From the human T2T-CHM13v2.0 reference genome, Homo sapiens: a stretch of DNA of 64,000 bases. The notes under the pieces were generated by a model, which was given only the letters and a program-made list of their open reading frames with translations, was not told the origin of the DNA and did not search any database. The translations under genes were made by a program, and so were the position numbers. Location: NCBI RefSeq assembly GCF_009914755.1, contig NC_060941.1; one strand, 5' to 3'. Below are positions 1 through 18,835 of this stretch, one piece after another (the stretch's first letter is position 1; each line of letters starts with the position of its first letter).

Positions 1-300
1 AAAAGAGAACTGTGAGAAAAGGTTCTTCAATCCTAAAAATGATGGAGGAAAAAACAGTCCCTCTTCCTCAGACAGTGACACCTCAAACTGCTACAGTCAC
101 CTTTGCAGCAAGCCTGAAGATGCCACCAACATCAAAGGGAATAGAGAGTTGGTCCTTGGTGATAGCATTAAGCCACTGTATCAACCAATCCTGACAATTT
201 GTATGACTTCTGGATTTCCAGCCACATTACAACAATGTAACAATAAACATTTATTAATTGCTTAAGCCAATTTGAGTTAGGTTCCTTATATAATAAATGA
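1..300 (+). mobile_element. Degenerate MaLR (MLT1-type) LTR 3' portion, with AATAAA at 242-247
   Basis: MLT1-like 3' motifs (ttaagccactgt...aataaacatttatt...cttaagccaatttgagttagg) recognised by eye. Confidence 0.5.
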
Positions 301-919
301 AGTCAAAAAACAATGATTGAGTTCTAATGTTTTTTAGTATTTGTATCTTACTTTATGATTACAGTATTTTATATAACTAATCTTATTATTTCTTCCTCAG
401 AAAAGACATTCCATGGCCAGGCATGGTGGCTCACACCTATAATCCCAGCACTTTGAGAGGCCAATGTGAGAGTATTGCTTGAGCCCAGGAGTTTGAGAAC
501 AGCCCAGGGAAAACAGCAAAACTTCATCTCTTCAAAAAATAAATAATAAAAAAATTTAGCCGGGGGTGGTGGCATACACCTGTAGTCCAAGCTACTCAGA
601 GGCTCAGGCAGGAGGATCACTTGAGCCCAGGAGGTCAAGGCTGCAGTGAACCATGATCACGCCACTGCAAACCAGCCTGGGCAACAGAGCAACACCCCGT
701 CTCCAAAAAAAGAAAAAGAAAGGAAGGGAGGAAGGAAAGAAAGAAAAAAGGAAAAGGTGTTCCCTCTTACACACAGCTCTGTATCCATCCATCTTTGTCT
801 GTGTTCTCTCTACCTAGAAAAAGAGGACCATCCCTCATTACCACCATTCCTTGTTAATTCCTCTCTCCAATCCACCTACAACTCATGTTATCCTCTTATA
901 TTCCACCACACCACTGTTA

Positions 920-1264
<345 letters not shown>

Positions 1265-1987
1265 CTACATTACCCTTGGTTAAATGCTGTCTGTAATTCC
1301 TCTGAGTTTGTTTTCATATACCAGTCTTGCCACCTCAAGCCAGCCTGAAAGCCCTTGCAGGCAGGAACTGTGGTTGTTCTAATTTAAGATCTGTAACTCA
1401 TCTATAGATAATAAACGTATTCCAAAAAGGCACTCTCTACCTTCCCTGCCACAGACCTTCTAAACAAGCCAGAAATTCCTAAACAGAATAATCTCACAAA
1501 TTCAGTACCTCGTATGTCCAAACTAATCTCAAAAGGACAATGAATAACTTTTTTTGCACTTAAGAAAAAGCAATTATTATATATTAACTCAGGACAAGTT
1601 CTAAAGCCTAGGCCATTTAGTTTCAAAAGCACAGGGGCCCATTTTTTTGGTTACTTACCTAGGACCTAGCCCAGGGCCTGGCACAAAAGAGACACATCAT
1701 AAGAACTGACTGAATAAATGAAAAAGGTAGAGTGTAGTACTTAAGCACACAGGACCTAGGTAGCCCGATTCTAATCCTGCCTCCCTCACTTATTCTTTGT
1801 GTTACTTTGGGCAAAGTACGTATTCTGCTCTGTAAAATGGAGATAGTAATACCACCTACCTCTTAAGTTTAACTATTATTATTAGTGAATGAAGCTATTT
1901 TCCACAGTTCTAAACTTTAAAGGTTAAAATCTGAGTGAAGCAAAAATCAGCACCTCTTTCCTAATTCAAACTTCAAACACCTATCTA

Positions 1988-2345
<358 letters not shown>

Positions 2346-3625
2346 CTAGCAAACAATGTTTTCATTCATGAACTTAGATAACACTATATATAAAAATACT
2401 TTTAGCTCCCTAAAAACATATTCTGAGAATGATTATTTACAATCATAAATCTAATGCCACATTAAATACTTCAAATACATTTAATTCAACAAAAATCTAG
2501 TGAGTACCTATTAAGCTCAAGAATTTATTCTAGATATCACAGAAATGAACACATAAACCTATGTAAAAACCCATATTAAAATTATAAAAGAAACATCTTT
2601 AAGCTGAAACTGAGGCATGTTCTCACATTAATATTTAACCAGCTAAATATTAAATAGCCAGAGTCAACTAAACCAAAGTTAAGAAATTTAAGTCAAAAAA
2701 TTTAGGATGTAGAAGGAATATGTTCAGCCGCCACATTTTATTAGTGTGAAAATGAGGCCAACAGAAAGAAGCCAGTTAAGAGATTGCCAAAGCGTCAAAG
2801 CTGGAATCAGGGTCTCTCAGTCTTCAATTCTCACTTTTCCCACTTCTAATTCACCAGTGCTACTCAATTGGTGAACTGGATGTGCAAACATGCTAAAGGC
2901 ATTAAACCTAAACCATACTACCTATTTCACAGTGTCACAAGTATAAAGATTTAGCCAAATGCAAGTAGAAGAAAATCCTCATACTGATTACAATGACTAC
3001 AAAGCTCAGAAATCAAGATTTTTTTTCATTAAATGGAGGCCTTAGCTGATTCAAAATATCATACAGTATTTTTATGTACTGACTGAATCCAGTAGAAACA
3101 AACTTTCAGTAAGATTAAACAAAAGCATTTCATAAATGGCAAAGTATTACAAGAATGCATAGCATTCCTTCATTTCAATCCAACCTAACAAGATATTTTC
3201 CTCCTCATACTACTGATACAAACTGCAGGATTTACATAAAGATATTATTTTGCCATCTCACCACAGAACTGACCCAATAATTCATACAAAAGAAAAACTA
3301 ATTATTAGGCAGCCTCCTAATTTAACTGTGTTAGTAATGAGAACAATACTGTTGTAGGTTAAACCTAAATGTACTAGTAAGTCTAGAAATAATTTACTTT
3401 AGGATAATTCAGAAGACAACATTAAAGCTCAGCTGAATACAATTATATCACTGAAAGAAACAAGTCAGGTTCTCTCAGGCCATCAGCTATTGTTAAAATC
3501 TAACACCCAAGATTGTTGGTCTTCTCCACAGTGGTGGATTTAATAGCAGCTACCAGCACTCATTTCTAGTGCAAGCAGTTTAAGCAGGATTTTATACGAA
3601 CATTTTAATAAAGTTCCTCAATGAG

Positions 3626-3628
<3 letters not shown>

Positions 3629-3658
<30 letters not shown>
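3629..3658 (+). repeat. (AC)n microsatellite, ~15 units
   Basis: Direct reading. Confidence 0.95.
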
Positions 3659-3661
<3 letters not shown>

Positions 3662-4071
3662 GATTATTTTGGTGAATTTTAGTTAATTCTAATGTTTTTA
3701 ACTTTAGAATATTTTAAAATTCTCAAATAACTAGAATGTGTGAACGTTCAATGACCAAACATAGAAGGAGTATTCTAATATACTGATTTTGCAGATTAAG
3801 CAATCTACGCAGGACCCAAACTTTTTATCAGATAATAAAGCTGAGTGTCAGAATTTGGCCAAAATGTACCAAGAAACTACCTGAGTTCTTTTCCAAAGGA
3901 AACATAAAGGTAAATATGCAGAACTTCAAGGCAGCTGTGAGCAGCCAAGTTGTGGAGGGCCTGACAAAAGTGAGTCAGAAGGGAAAATGTTCAAAGAGAA
4001 AAGGAGGCAGCAGGTGTACAAGGCAAAACACACCTTAAAAAATATCTTTACAGGCTGGGTGCGGTAGCTCA

Positions 4072-4362
<291 letters not shown>

Positions 4363-4999
4363 TTACGTCAGTTGCTGATTCTAAGTTATGATGCAACTTG
4401 TAAAATCTTGTTCTGATGGCATGGCAAACCTAGGGACTTTGGAAGATGGCAGACCTGTTTCCTCCAATGAAGCAGCATACCATTCTTGGAAAGGGAATTA
4501 CTTTTTTTTTTTTTGAGACACAGTCTCACTCTGCTGCCCAGGCTGCCAGGCTGGAGTGCATGGCAAAATCTGGGCTCACCGCAACCTCCACCTCCTGGGT
4601 TCAAGCGATTCTCCTACCTCAGCTGCCCAAGTAGGTGGGACTACAGGCGCGTACCACCATGCCCGGCTAATCTTTGTATTTTTAGTAGAGACGGAGTTTC
4701 GCCATGTTGGTCAGGCTGGTCTCAAAATCCTGACCTCAGGTGATCCGCCCATCTCAGCCTCCCAAAGTACTGGGATTACAGGCGTGAGCCACCACGCCCA
4801 GCCTAGAACATTATTTTTAACCCACTAATTCTTGGATTCTTGAACTTGTTTCTATGTACACTCAGGAACATACAGCTACAAACGGGGAGTAACCAAAGCC
4901 ACTGAATATATGCAGGAGCAACTTTTTTGGAGTATCAATTTAATCAAGGATTATAGTAAAATCAGATATACTTTTGTTAAAATAAACACAAATATATTA

Positions 5000-5967
<968 letters not shown>

Positions 5968-6607
5968 TATACAGAGCAAAAGGCAGAATTCTCACTGTTT
6001 CAAGATAGAAAAGGAGTCCTCAGAGAGATATGTCCTGCTTGTAACAAACAGCTCCAAACAGCCCTAGACCCTGAAAAGTACTTTAAGGAAAGATAAAGAG
6101 GTACTGGTTTAGACCATTTATAGATAAATATGCATGGCTAAAACCCCTGAATGTAATCCTTCCAGGCAGAAGATAAAACCTGAAATCTAACGTATAAATT
6201 GTCATGGGTACAATATTATAAAAGAGACCATAAGTTACCGAGAACATGACTGGAATTCAGGAAATGCTAAAGGTCCTGTCTTATCTCTGTAACTCATTTA
6301 CAAAGAAATCATGTATGATTTTCTCAACTGCAATCTTTTTTGTTTCTGAATTAGACTGACAAAAATTATAGAATATAATATTCAATATTTTCCACCATAT
6401 TCCAAATTCTCACTATCACATTTAAACACAATTTTATCTAATGAAATGTGTCCCAAATGAACCAACTTTAACCAGCATCAGAAAAAATAAAATAAAATAG
6501 TTAAATGAAACTGTATCTTCTTTGGTATAAGAAGTCCTTCAGGCCAGACGTGGTGGCTCACATCTCTAATACTAGCACTTTGGGAGGCCGAGGCCAGTGG
6601 TTTGCTA

Positions 6608-6829
<222 letters not shown>

Positions 6830-7887
6830 TCAAAAAAAAAGAAAGAAATCCTTCAGCACAGAGGGTAGGAAAAAACAACTACTCACACTTCCCAGAATAC
6901 CTACCGTGGCAATACCAAAATATGACCATGCTTGTTAATATTTGGGCTACGGCATTAAATGTTTATAACATAACACAAACACTTGTAATCCAAATGTGAA
7001 TGATTATCTTCAATTTTCAGTAAAATAAGACCCTATAAAAGCCCTACCATTAATACATATTCATTCATAAACATACTGAGTACCAGTGGATGTTAAACAC
7101 TGTAGAATCTCTAAGGAAAGAATACTCGGTCACTTTATAAGCTATGTGGTAGTCAAGAAAAATCCTTTCTACTCATTGATACGTTAAATGATCAAAAAAT
7201 CCAAAGCTAAAAAATGATCAGAGAACAATGAAAAAATTTTAGTGGCTTTATGCTTCCAATTCCATTTTCTTCTGGACTCTTTTCTGAAGCTTGCCTAAAT
7301 CATCCCAGGAATGCTAAAATTGGGTGTTATTTATGGCATAACCAAAATGAAATAACAAAGTAAGTACCCCAAATAAAACTAGGAGAAAAAATCCAGGGAA
7401 CCAAGCAGGCAGTAAGGATCTAAAGTTCTATACTTGGAACCTCTACCCTGAATGTTAAATAATAGATGTTTTTTAAATAGTTGACTACCAAGTGTGGTGG
7501 CATGTGCCTGTAATCCTAGCTACTTGGGAGGCTGAGGTGGAGAGACTACTTGAGCCTAGGAGTTCTAGACTAGTCTGGACAAATAGCAAGACCCTGTCTC
7601 ACGGGTAGGGGAGCAGGGGAAGGCAACCAAGCTGGGTGTGCCATGTGCCTCTAGTCCCAGCTACTTGGGAGGCTGAGACAGGAGGAGTGCTTGAAACCAT
7701 AGGCCACTGTACTCCAGCCTAGGCAACATAGGAAGACCCTATCTCTAAAACAAACATAAACAAAAAGGCCGGGTGTGGTGGCTCACACCTGTAATCCCAG
7801 CACTTGAGGAGGCTGAGTTGGGAGGATCACTTGAGGTCAGGAGTTCGAGACCAGCCTGGCCAACATGATAAAATTTTTGTATCTTTA

Positions 7888-8049
<162 letters not shown>

Positions 8050-8185
8050 CTATCTCAAAAAAACAAACAGTTATATCTTTAATTATTATCTTCATTCAGT
8101 AATTAGGCAATTAGAATTTACAATTGCTAAATGAATGTTCAAAGTTCAACCAAAATTAGTCCAAGATGAAGCCAAGAACACATCT

Positions 8186-11100
8186 CAACTCATTCAATAA
8201 AGCCATTATTACTCTGATGCCAAAACCAGACATAGATATCACAAGACAACTACAGACCAATATATCTTATGAATACAGATGTAAAAGTCCTCAACAAAGC
8301 AAAATGAATCCAGCAACATATTAAAAGGCTTATACACCATTGCTAAGTATGACTTAATCCCAGGGATTCAAGGTTGGCTTAACTTCTGAAAATCAATTAA
8401 TGTAATACACCATATTAATAAAGGATACAAACCACATGATCATTTGAATAGATGCAGAAAAAGCACTTAACAAAATCCAACATGCTTTCATGATAAAAAC
8501 ACTCAACAAAGTAGAAATTGAAGAAAACATCTTCAATCTAATAAAAAATACCTATGGGGGAAAAAAAGAATACCTACAAAAACCCCATAGCTAAAATCAT
8601 ACTTAATGGAGAAAGCCTGAATGCTTTCTCCCTCAGGTCAAGAACAAAACAAGGATATCCACTCTTACCACTCTGTTTAACACTGCACTGAAGGTTATGG
8701 CCAGGGAAAATAGGCAAGAAAAAGAAATAAAAATCACTCAGGCTTAAAAAAAAGAAGGAAAACTACCTTTATTTGCAGATGATATAATCTTGTATATAGA
8801 AAATCCTAAGAAAATCCCACAAATAAACTATTAGAGCCAATAAACACATCCAACACAGTTACAGGATACAAGCTCAATATACAAGTAGTAATCGTATTTC
8901 TATACACAAGCAATAAGCAATCTGAACATGAAAAGTTTTTAAAAATTCCACTTACAATAGCATCCCCCCGCCAAAAAAAAAAGACTTAGAAAGCCAAGCA
9001 CGATGGCTCACACCTGTAATCCCAGCACTTTGGGAGGCCGAGGCAGGCGGATCACTTGAGGTCAGGAGTTCAAGACTAGCCTAGCCAACGTGGTGAAACC
9101 CCGTCTCTACTAAAATATAAAAATTAGTTGGGTGTGGTGGCAGGTGCCTGTAATCCCAGCTACTCAGGAGGCTGAGGCAGTGGAATCACTTGAACCCAGG
9201 AGGCGGAGGTTGCAATGAGCCGAGATCACACCACTGTACTTTAGCCTAGGTGACAGAATGAGACACTGTCTCAAAAAAAAAAAAAAAAAAGACTTAGAAA
9301 TAAATTTAACAAAAGCAGTGACAATCTTATACTCTGAGATATATAAAAATTACAAAAGAAGTTACAGAAATCCTAACTAAATGGAAAGGCCAGGTGTGAT
9401 GGCTCACACCTGTAATCCCAGCACTTTGGTAGACTGAAGTGGGTGGGCTGCTTGAGCGCAGAAGTTCAGGATCAGACTAGGCAACATGGCAAGAACTCAT
9501 CTCTACAAAAATACAAAAATGAGCTAGATGTGGTGGCATGCACCTGTAATCCTAGCTGCTTGGGGGGCTGAGGAGGGAAGATCACTTGAGCCTAGTAGGT
9601 TACAGCTGCAGTGAGCCATGATTGCATTACTGTACTTCACTGCAGCCTGGATGACAGAACAAGACTGTGTCCCCCAAAAAAAAAAAAAAAAAAAAAAGGA
9701 AAGATATCCCATGTTCATGGATGAGAATGGATCAGAAGATACAACTCTGTTAAAATGGCAATATTCCCTAAATTGATCTACAGAATCAATGTGATCCCAG
9801 CATACCCAAAAGAAATTTGAATAGGAAAAACAAAGTTGGGGGACTCACACTTCCTGATTTGAAAACATAATTCAAAGCTATGGAAATCAAGACAGTGTGG
9901 TAGTGGCATAAGGATAAACATACAGATCAATGGAATATAAGTGTGGGTTCAGAAATAAACCTTTACACTGACAGTCAATTGATTTTATGACAAAAATGCC
10001 AAGACAATTCAGTGGAGGAAAGAATGGTCTTTTTAAGCCAAGTGCTGTAGCTGACACCTATAATCCCAGCATTTGGGGAGGCTGAGACAGGAGGATTGCT
10101 TGAGGCCAGGAGTTTGAGACTAGCCAGGGCAACAAAGCAAGACCCCCATCTCTACAAGAAACAAACAATGGTCTTTTCAACAAACCATGCTGGGACAACT
10201 GAATATTCACATGCAGTAGAATGAAGCTGGACCACTATATCTCACACCATACACAAAAATTAATTCTAATTAAATTTAAACACGGATTATAGACCTAAAT
10301 GTAACAGCTAAAACAATAAAATTCCTAGAAGAAAACAAAGCTAATCTTCATTTCATTTGGTGGCCTGACATCAAAACCACATGCAACAAAGGAAAAAACA
10401 AGTAAATTTGGCTTCATCAGAATTATAACATTTTGTACATTAAAGGACACCATCAAGAAATTGAAAACACAACCCATAGATGGGAGAAAATATTTGCAAA
10501 TCATGTATCTCACAAGGGATTTGTATCTAGTATATTTAAAGAACTCTTACAACTCAACAATAAAAAGAGAATCCAATTTTAAAATGGGCAAAGGCTGAGC
10601 ATGGTGGCTCACACCAGAAGGAGAGGATCCCTTGAGGCAAGGATTCTGAGACCTGCCAGAGCAATATAGCAAGACCCTGTCTCTACAAAATAAATTAATA
10701 ATAATAAAAAAAAACAATTAGCCAGGCATGGTGGCACACACCTGTAGTCCTAGCTACTCAGGAGCTTGAGGCAGAAGGAACCCTTGAGTCCAGGAGTTTG
10801 AAGTTCCAGAAACTATGATTGGGCCAGGTGCGGTGGCTCACGCCTGTAATCCTAGCACTTTGGGAGTCCAAGGCGGGTGGATCATGAGGTCAGGAGTTCA
10901 AGACCAACCTGGCCAAGATGGTGAAACCCCATCTCTACTAAAAATACAAAAATTAGCTGGGCGTGGTGGTGGGTGCCTCTAATCCCAGCTACTTGGGAGG
11001 CTGAGGCAGAGAATCACTTGAACCCAGGAGGCAGAGATTGCAGTGAGCCAAGATAGTGCCACTGAACTCCAGCCTGGGTGACAGAGCAAGACTCCATCTC

Positions 11101-11287
11101 CAAAAAAAAAAAAAAAGAAAAGAAAACTGCGATTGGCCACTGCACTCTAGCCAGAGTGACAGAGCAAGACCTAGCCTAAAAAACAATAGTGTATAAAAAT
11201 AAAATTAAAATGTGCAGAGAATTTAAATAGACATTTCTCCAAAGAAGATATATGAATGGCCAATAAGCACATGAAAAGATCTCATCA
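8186..11287 (+). mobile_element. Old L1 (L1M-type) ORF2/3' remnant fragmented by several Alus; 3' end missing
   Basis: Degenerate ORF2 motifs (aactacagaccaata, atagatgcagaaaaagca, tatttgcagatgatat, agacatttctccaaagaagata). Confidence 0.85.
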
Positions 11288-12296
<1,009 letters not shown>

Positions 12297-12299
<3 letters not shown>

Positions 12300-12344
12300 G
12301 CTTCCCTTCCTCTCCGCGTCAGTCTGTCCCACCTCAGCTCAGCC
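12297..12344 (+). repeat. 48-bp copy of CpG-island sequence 28601-28648
   Basis: 43/48 identical; all 5 mismatches are at CpG dinucleotides. Confidence 0.93.
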
Positions 12345-13036
12345 CACCGGAGACAGAGGGTGCAGGAACCTGGAGGCGGAGGTTGCAGGAAGCCGAGATC
12401 CTGCAACTGCACTCCAGCCTGGGCGACACAGCAAGACTCCGTCTCAAAAAAAAAAAAAAAACCTTACAACAAAATGATGCAGCCCGGGCGCAGTGGCTCA
12501 CGCCTGTAATCCCAGCACTTTGGGAGGCCGAGTGGGGCGGATCATTTGAGGTCAGGAGTTCGAGACCAGCCTGGCCAACATGGTGAAATCCTATCTCAAC
12601 TAAAAAAAAAACAAAAACTACAGAAATTAGCCAGGCGTGATGGCGCATGCCTGCAGTCTCAGCTGCTTGGGAGGCTGAGGCAGGAGAATTGCTTGAACCC
12701 GGGAGTCGGAGGTTGCAGTGAGCCAAGATTGCGCCGATTGCACTCCAGCCTGAGTGACAAGAGCAAAACTCCATCTCAAAAAAAAAAGAAAATGCAAAGT
12801 CACCTAAGAGACAGTTTAAATACATAAAAAGCTCGATGCCAAATAAAACTGGATGGGTCACTTGATAAGTGGGATTGATAAAAAGCAAGACAGCTGATAT
12901 TATATAATTCTTATTTGCTTCGATATTTACTGGGGAAGGTAGAGGGGAAAAGCTATCTAAATTACTCTTAATAAGCATACAAATCTCTAATAGTGAATCA
13001 AATGCATCATTAAATATACTAAATTCCTCAAACTGA

Positions 13037-13450
<414 letters not shown>

Positions 13451-13804
13451 TGACGGTCATATGAGTGACCTTCTCTAAATGCCAGGAGGATAGAATCCAC
13501 TTTTCCTTTATCAATATTTTCCTTGCTCAACTTCTGACATATTAGGTACTCAATAAGTATGTGCTGAACCAAAACGAACAAAAAAATGCTGTCATCAAAG
13601 TAACTTCCATCTACTCAAGTAGGCTGCAACTTCAAACTGCCCAAACTAGCAAATCTCTAATAAAGATGGGCTCAGAAGACATATCAGCATGAATAACCTT
13701 CTGAGGAAAAGACAACATGGATTCTAAAAGTGGACATCACACCACACCAGTTCACCCAAATTCTCTGAGAAAATAAATATGTGTGGCTGGGTGACGGTGG
13801 CTCA

Positions 13805-14523
<719 letters not shown>

Positions 14524-14954
14524 CTAAATATGTGAAGGGTTATCTAGCAGAAGACAAACCAGACTTGCTCTAAGCAGTTCCCGTGTAGACAAAATTGGGC
14601 CCAAAGTGGCAATTCCAGAAGGGCACGCTTCAACTCAAGCTTTCTAACCATCAGACCTAACTAAAAAGGTGGTTCTTACCTTGGATTACCTCTAAGAGCC
14701 CACTGAGATATGAGTGTTAAAAAATTACATGCGAGGAAATGGCAGGTATGTTACAGCATGGACAAATGAAAAGTAAGGCATTTACAGGAAAAAAAATCTA
14801 AGCTATACTTAAAAGACTCATGCCTTCAAGTCAAAAAAGGAATTTTTGAATAATTATAGAATATTCCCTAAAGACAATGTGATGTTCTATGCAAAAAAAA
14901 AAAAAAAAAAGGGAGGGAGGGAGGACCAAATCCTATTAGGAAAAAACTGTAAAT

Positions 14955-15176
14955 CAAGGGTACCCAATCGTTTGGCTTCCCTGAGCCACACTGGAAGAAG
15001 AGCTGTCTTGGGCCACACATAAAATACACTAAAGTAACAATAGCTGATGAGCTAAAAAAGAAAATCTTAAAAAAAATCTCATAATGTTTTAAGAAAGTTT
15101 ACAGATTTGTGTTGGGCCACATTCAAAGCTGTCCTGGGCCGCATGCAGCCTGTGGGCCATGGGTCGGACAAGCTTG
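14955..15176 (+). mobile_element. MER30 (hAT-Charlie) non-autonomous DNA transposon
   Basis: MER30-like body; perfect 8-bp TSD CTGTAAAT at 14947-14954 and 15177-15184. Confidence 0.9.
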
Positions 15177-15845
15177 CTGTAAATAGAACATATTTTCTTA
15201 TCCTTCTACCAAATCACAGTGTAGTTATAACTAAAATGCAGTTCTGAGTAGTTATCATAAATCCAGAAAGGGAAAGCAATGCTGACAAAGATCCTGGAAG
15301 GAGGTTTCACTGGAGATTAAATTAAAAAGTCAAGCATCTTCAGTTGAGAAACATGAAAGCAAAGGGGCAATGTGATCAAAATCAGAAAACGTATCAATAT
15401 GGTAAATACTAATTTATTCACCTTTTATGCTTGAAAAGTATTTCTTTATATAACAGATAAAAGAAACTTGTGGATTGTGTTACCACAATCTACAAGTTAA
15501 AAATAGATTCAAGTGCTCGGATAAATGTAGGTATATTAGGTCCATTCAGGTCCTACAGGATAGAAGTGCTATCAGACGTGAGGCCCTAAATTTCTGAGGT
15601 TAACATCTTAACAGATAACAATGTTTCACCTGAAAACATCACTTGGTGCCAATTTAGACAGAACAATTGGTTGGACAGACCCCGGACAGACAGACTCAAG
15701 GAGGCTGGTTGGTATAGACTTCCTTCCATTCTTTTACCTCAGTATGTATGTGTGTGTAATATATACATACATATTATACTAGAACATATATACATTCCTT
15801 ATCTTTATACACTTAGAATGCTCCTTATATAGCTCTGCACCCTGA

Positions 15846-16163
<318 letters not shown>

Positions 16164-16199
16164 TGAGCCACCGCACCCGGCCAGAAAAATTCTTTCAAA

Positions 16200-16660
16200 T
16201 ACTATTCCATGGTTGTAAATGTCCATCCTTAAATATACCATGATTTATTTTCCTATAAATCTTGCTGCTCATTTAGGTTTATTCTCAATTCTCACTAATA
16301 TGAATAATGTTACAATGAACATCTTTGTTCACAAATCTTTCTATGTATCTTAATTTTTCCCCTTTAGGATAAATTCCTAGATGTGCAATTACTGAATTAA
16401 AGAACGTTTTTAATTTTGCCAATATATGTTGCCAAAATATCTTTCAAAAAAACTAGGCCCAATGCACACTCCACTAGCAGTTTCAGAGATTGTCCCCTCA
16501 CCACCTTCGACAGCACAGTCAACTGTAAATCTGATAGGTTAAAAAAAGAGTATGTCATTTAATCTGCATTCCTTTGATTACTTATCAGGATAAAAATGTT
16601 TCTCATATGCTTCTTGGTCATTTGTATTTCTTCCTTATGAACTCTGATCATGTTCTTTGC
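16200..16660 (-). mobile_element. Ancient L1 (L1ME-like) fragment; donor of the copy at 18471-18654
   Basis: Antisense L1 3'-region motifs (aataatgttacaatgaacatctttgt, ggataaattcctagatgtgcaattactg, ttggtcatttgtatttcttc). Confidence 0.65.
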
Positions 16661-16742
16661 CAGCAAAACTTTTCTTTCTCTTGGCCGACAAACTTTCTGT
16701 GGAAAACCAGCTGAGATGGAATCATTTAAATATCAGCAACTG

Positions 16743-16760
16743 CAGCTCCCCCTGCTGACA
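16743..16760 (-). promoter_or_regulatory. Candidate CTCF motif (minus strand TGTCAGCAGGGGGAGCTG)
   Basis: Partial match to CCASYAGRKGGCRS core; motif only. Confidence 0.4.
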
Positions 16761-16869
16761 GATAAATTACCACCACCATCAAGTGCCCAGTAAAAAAAAG
16801 TGAGCTAGAACCATACGCTTGCCTGTCTTCTGGGCTGCTGCTACAAATACAAATTATACACGGTAATAA

Positions 16870-17208
<339 letters not shown>

Positions 17209-18207
17209 TGATGGGCCCGCCTCGGCCTCCCAAAGTGCTGGGATTACAGGCGTGAGCCACCGTGCCCGGCCCAAACGTTTTCTAATGTGCAGGAACTAGG
17301 CGGGGTGCAGTGGCTCACACCTGTAATCCCAGTACTTTGTGGAGGCCGAGGTGGGTGGATCACCTGAGGTCAGGAGTTCAAGACCAGCCTGGCCAACATG
17401 GTGAAACCCTGTCTCTACTAAAAATATAACAATCAGCCGGGTGTGGTGGCACGTGCCTGTAGTCCGAGATACTCAGGAGGCTGAGGAACGAGGATTGCTT
17501 GAACCCAGGAGGTGGAGGTTGCAGTGAGCCGAGACTGCGCCACTGCACTCCAGCCTGGGCAACAGAGTGAGACTCCATTTAAAAAAAAAAAAACTAATAT
17601 GCAAGAACTAATGTCACAAACAATTCTAAAAATCAATTCCCTGCCAAATATACTACCTGGCACATATAAACATCACAGACCTAAATATTCATTTCCCTAT
17701 ACTTTAACTATGTGAAAACACTCTAAATTACCAAATGACACTGGGTGGTCAGCAAACTAGTTCTCTTTTTCCAAAAGCAAAAACAACAAAAACACTTTTG
17801 CCCTTTAGCATTCAAAGAAAGAGTATTAAAAATCTTAATTCTTGGCAATCCTTATTCCAAAGTTGCTTGCACTTATCAGACTGGGACCAATAGATCCAAA
17901 GAGTAAGGCCAAGACTGGCAAATGCATGTGACTCTCAGCTTTTCCACTGATACCCTCCTAAAGATGCATGTCCCAAGTCCAGCAATACAGTCTTTAACAC
18001 TCATTTACTAAGTGCCATCAAGAGCAAGCAGTGATGGCCGGGTATGGTGGCTCACGCCTGTAATGCCAGCACTTTGGGAGGCTGAGGGGGGTGGATCACC
18101 TGAGGTCAGGAGTTCGCAACCAGCCTGACCAACATGGTGACACCCTGTCTCTACTAAAAATACAAAAATTAGCTGGGCGTGGTGGCAGGCACCTGTAATC
18201 CCAGCTA

Positions 18208-18375
<168 letters not shown>

Positions 18376-18470
18376 TCACTCTCAAAGAACCTAGACACTA
18401 GCTGGGTTCAAAGTGGAGCAAACTAGCAATCAGTACAATAGAAGTGCTAGGTCTGCATATGCACACTCAC

Positions 18471-18654
18471 ATGCACACACACTAACAGTTTCAGAGATTG
18501 TCCCCTTACCACCTTTGACAGCACAGTCAACTGCAAATCTGATAGGTAAAAAATAGTATGTCATTTAATCTGCATTCCTTTGATTATTTATCAGAATAAA
18601 AATGTTTCTCATATGCTTCTTGGTCATTTGTATTTCTTTATGAACTCTGATCAT
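18471..18654 (+). repeat. ~185-bp direct duplicate of 16462-16651
   Basis: cagtttcagagattgtcccc...tgaactctgatcat present at both sites. Confidence 0.93.
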
Positions 18655-18735
18655 AAAGTGATAATACCTGGGTCCAGAGGAAGCACTCAGTGTCAGCTAC
18701 TGTTATTACTATTATCACTACTGTTATTTTGTTTT

Positions 18736-18835
18736 AAGGCTAATCAAGTGAAGCAGTGGGAGTGGAGAAGGAACAAAGAAATCTGTAACTGGCTGTGATC
18801 AATTAATAGTAAACACCAATATACTTGGACCAGCC
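18736..18835 (-). pseudogene. Y3 RNA (RNY3) retropseudogene, full length
   Basis: Reverse complement matches hY3 (GGCTGGTCC...TTACAGATTTCTTTGTTCCTTCTCCACTCCCACTGCTTCACTTGA..AGCCTT); short A-rich tail; 12-bp TSD ACTACTGTTATT at 18717-18728 and 18836-18847. Confidence 0.93.

Noticed and set aside
242-247. AATAAA as the 3' end of a KANSL1 antisense lncRNA
   Set aside because: Plausible from locus position, but it is the ordinary LTR poly(A) signal and no transcript evidence is available here
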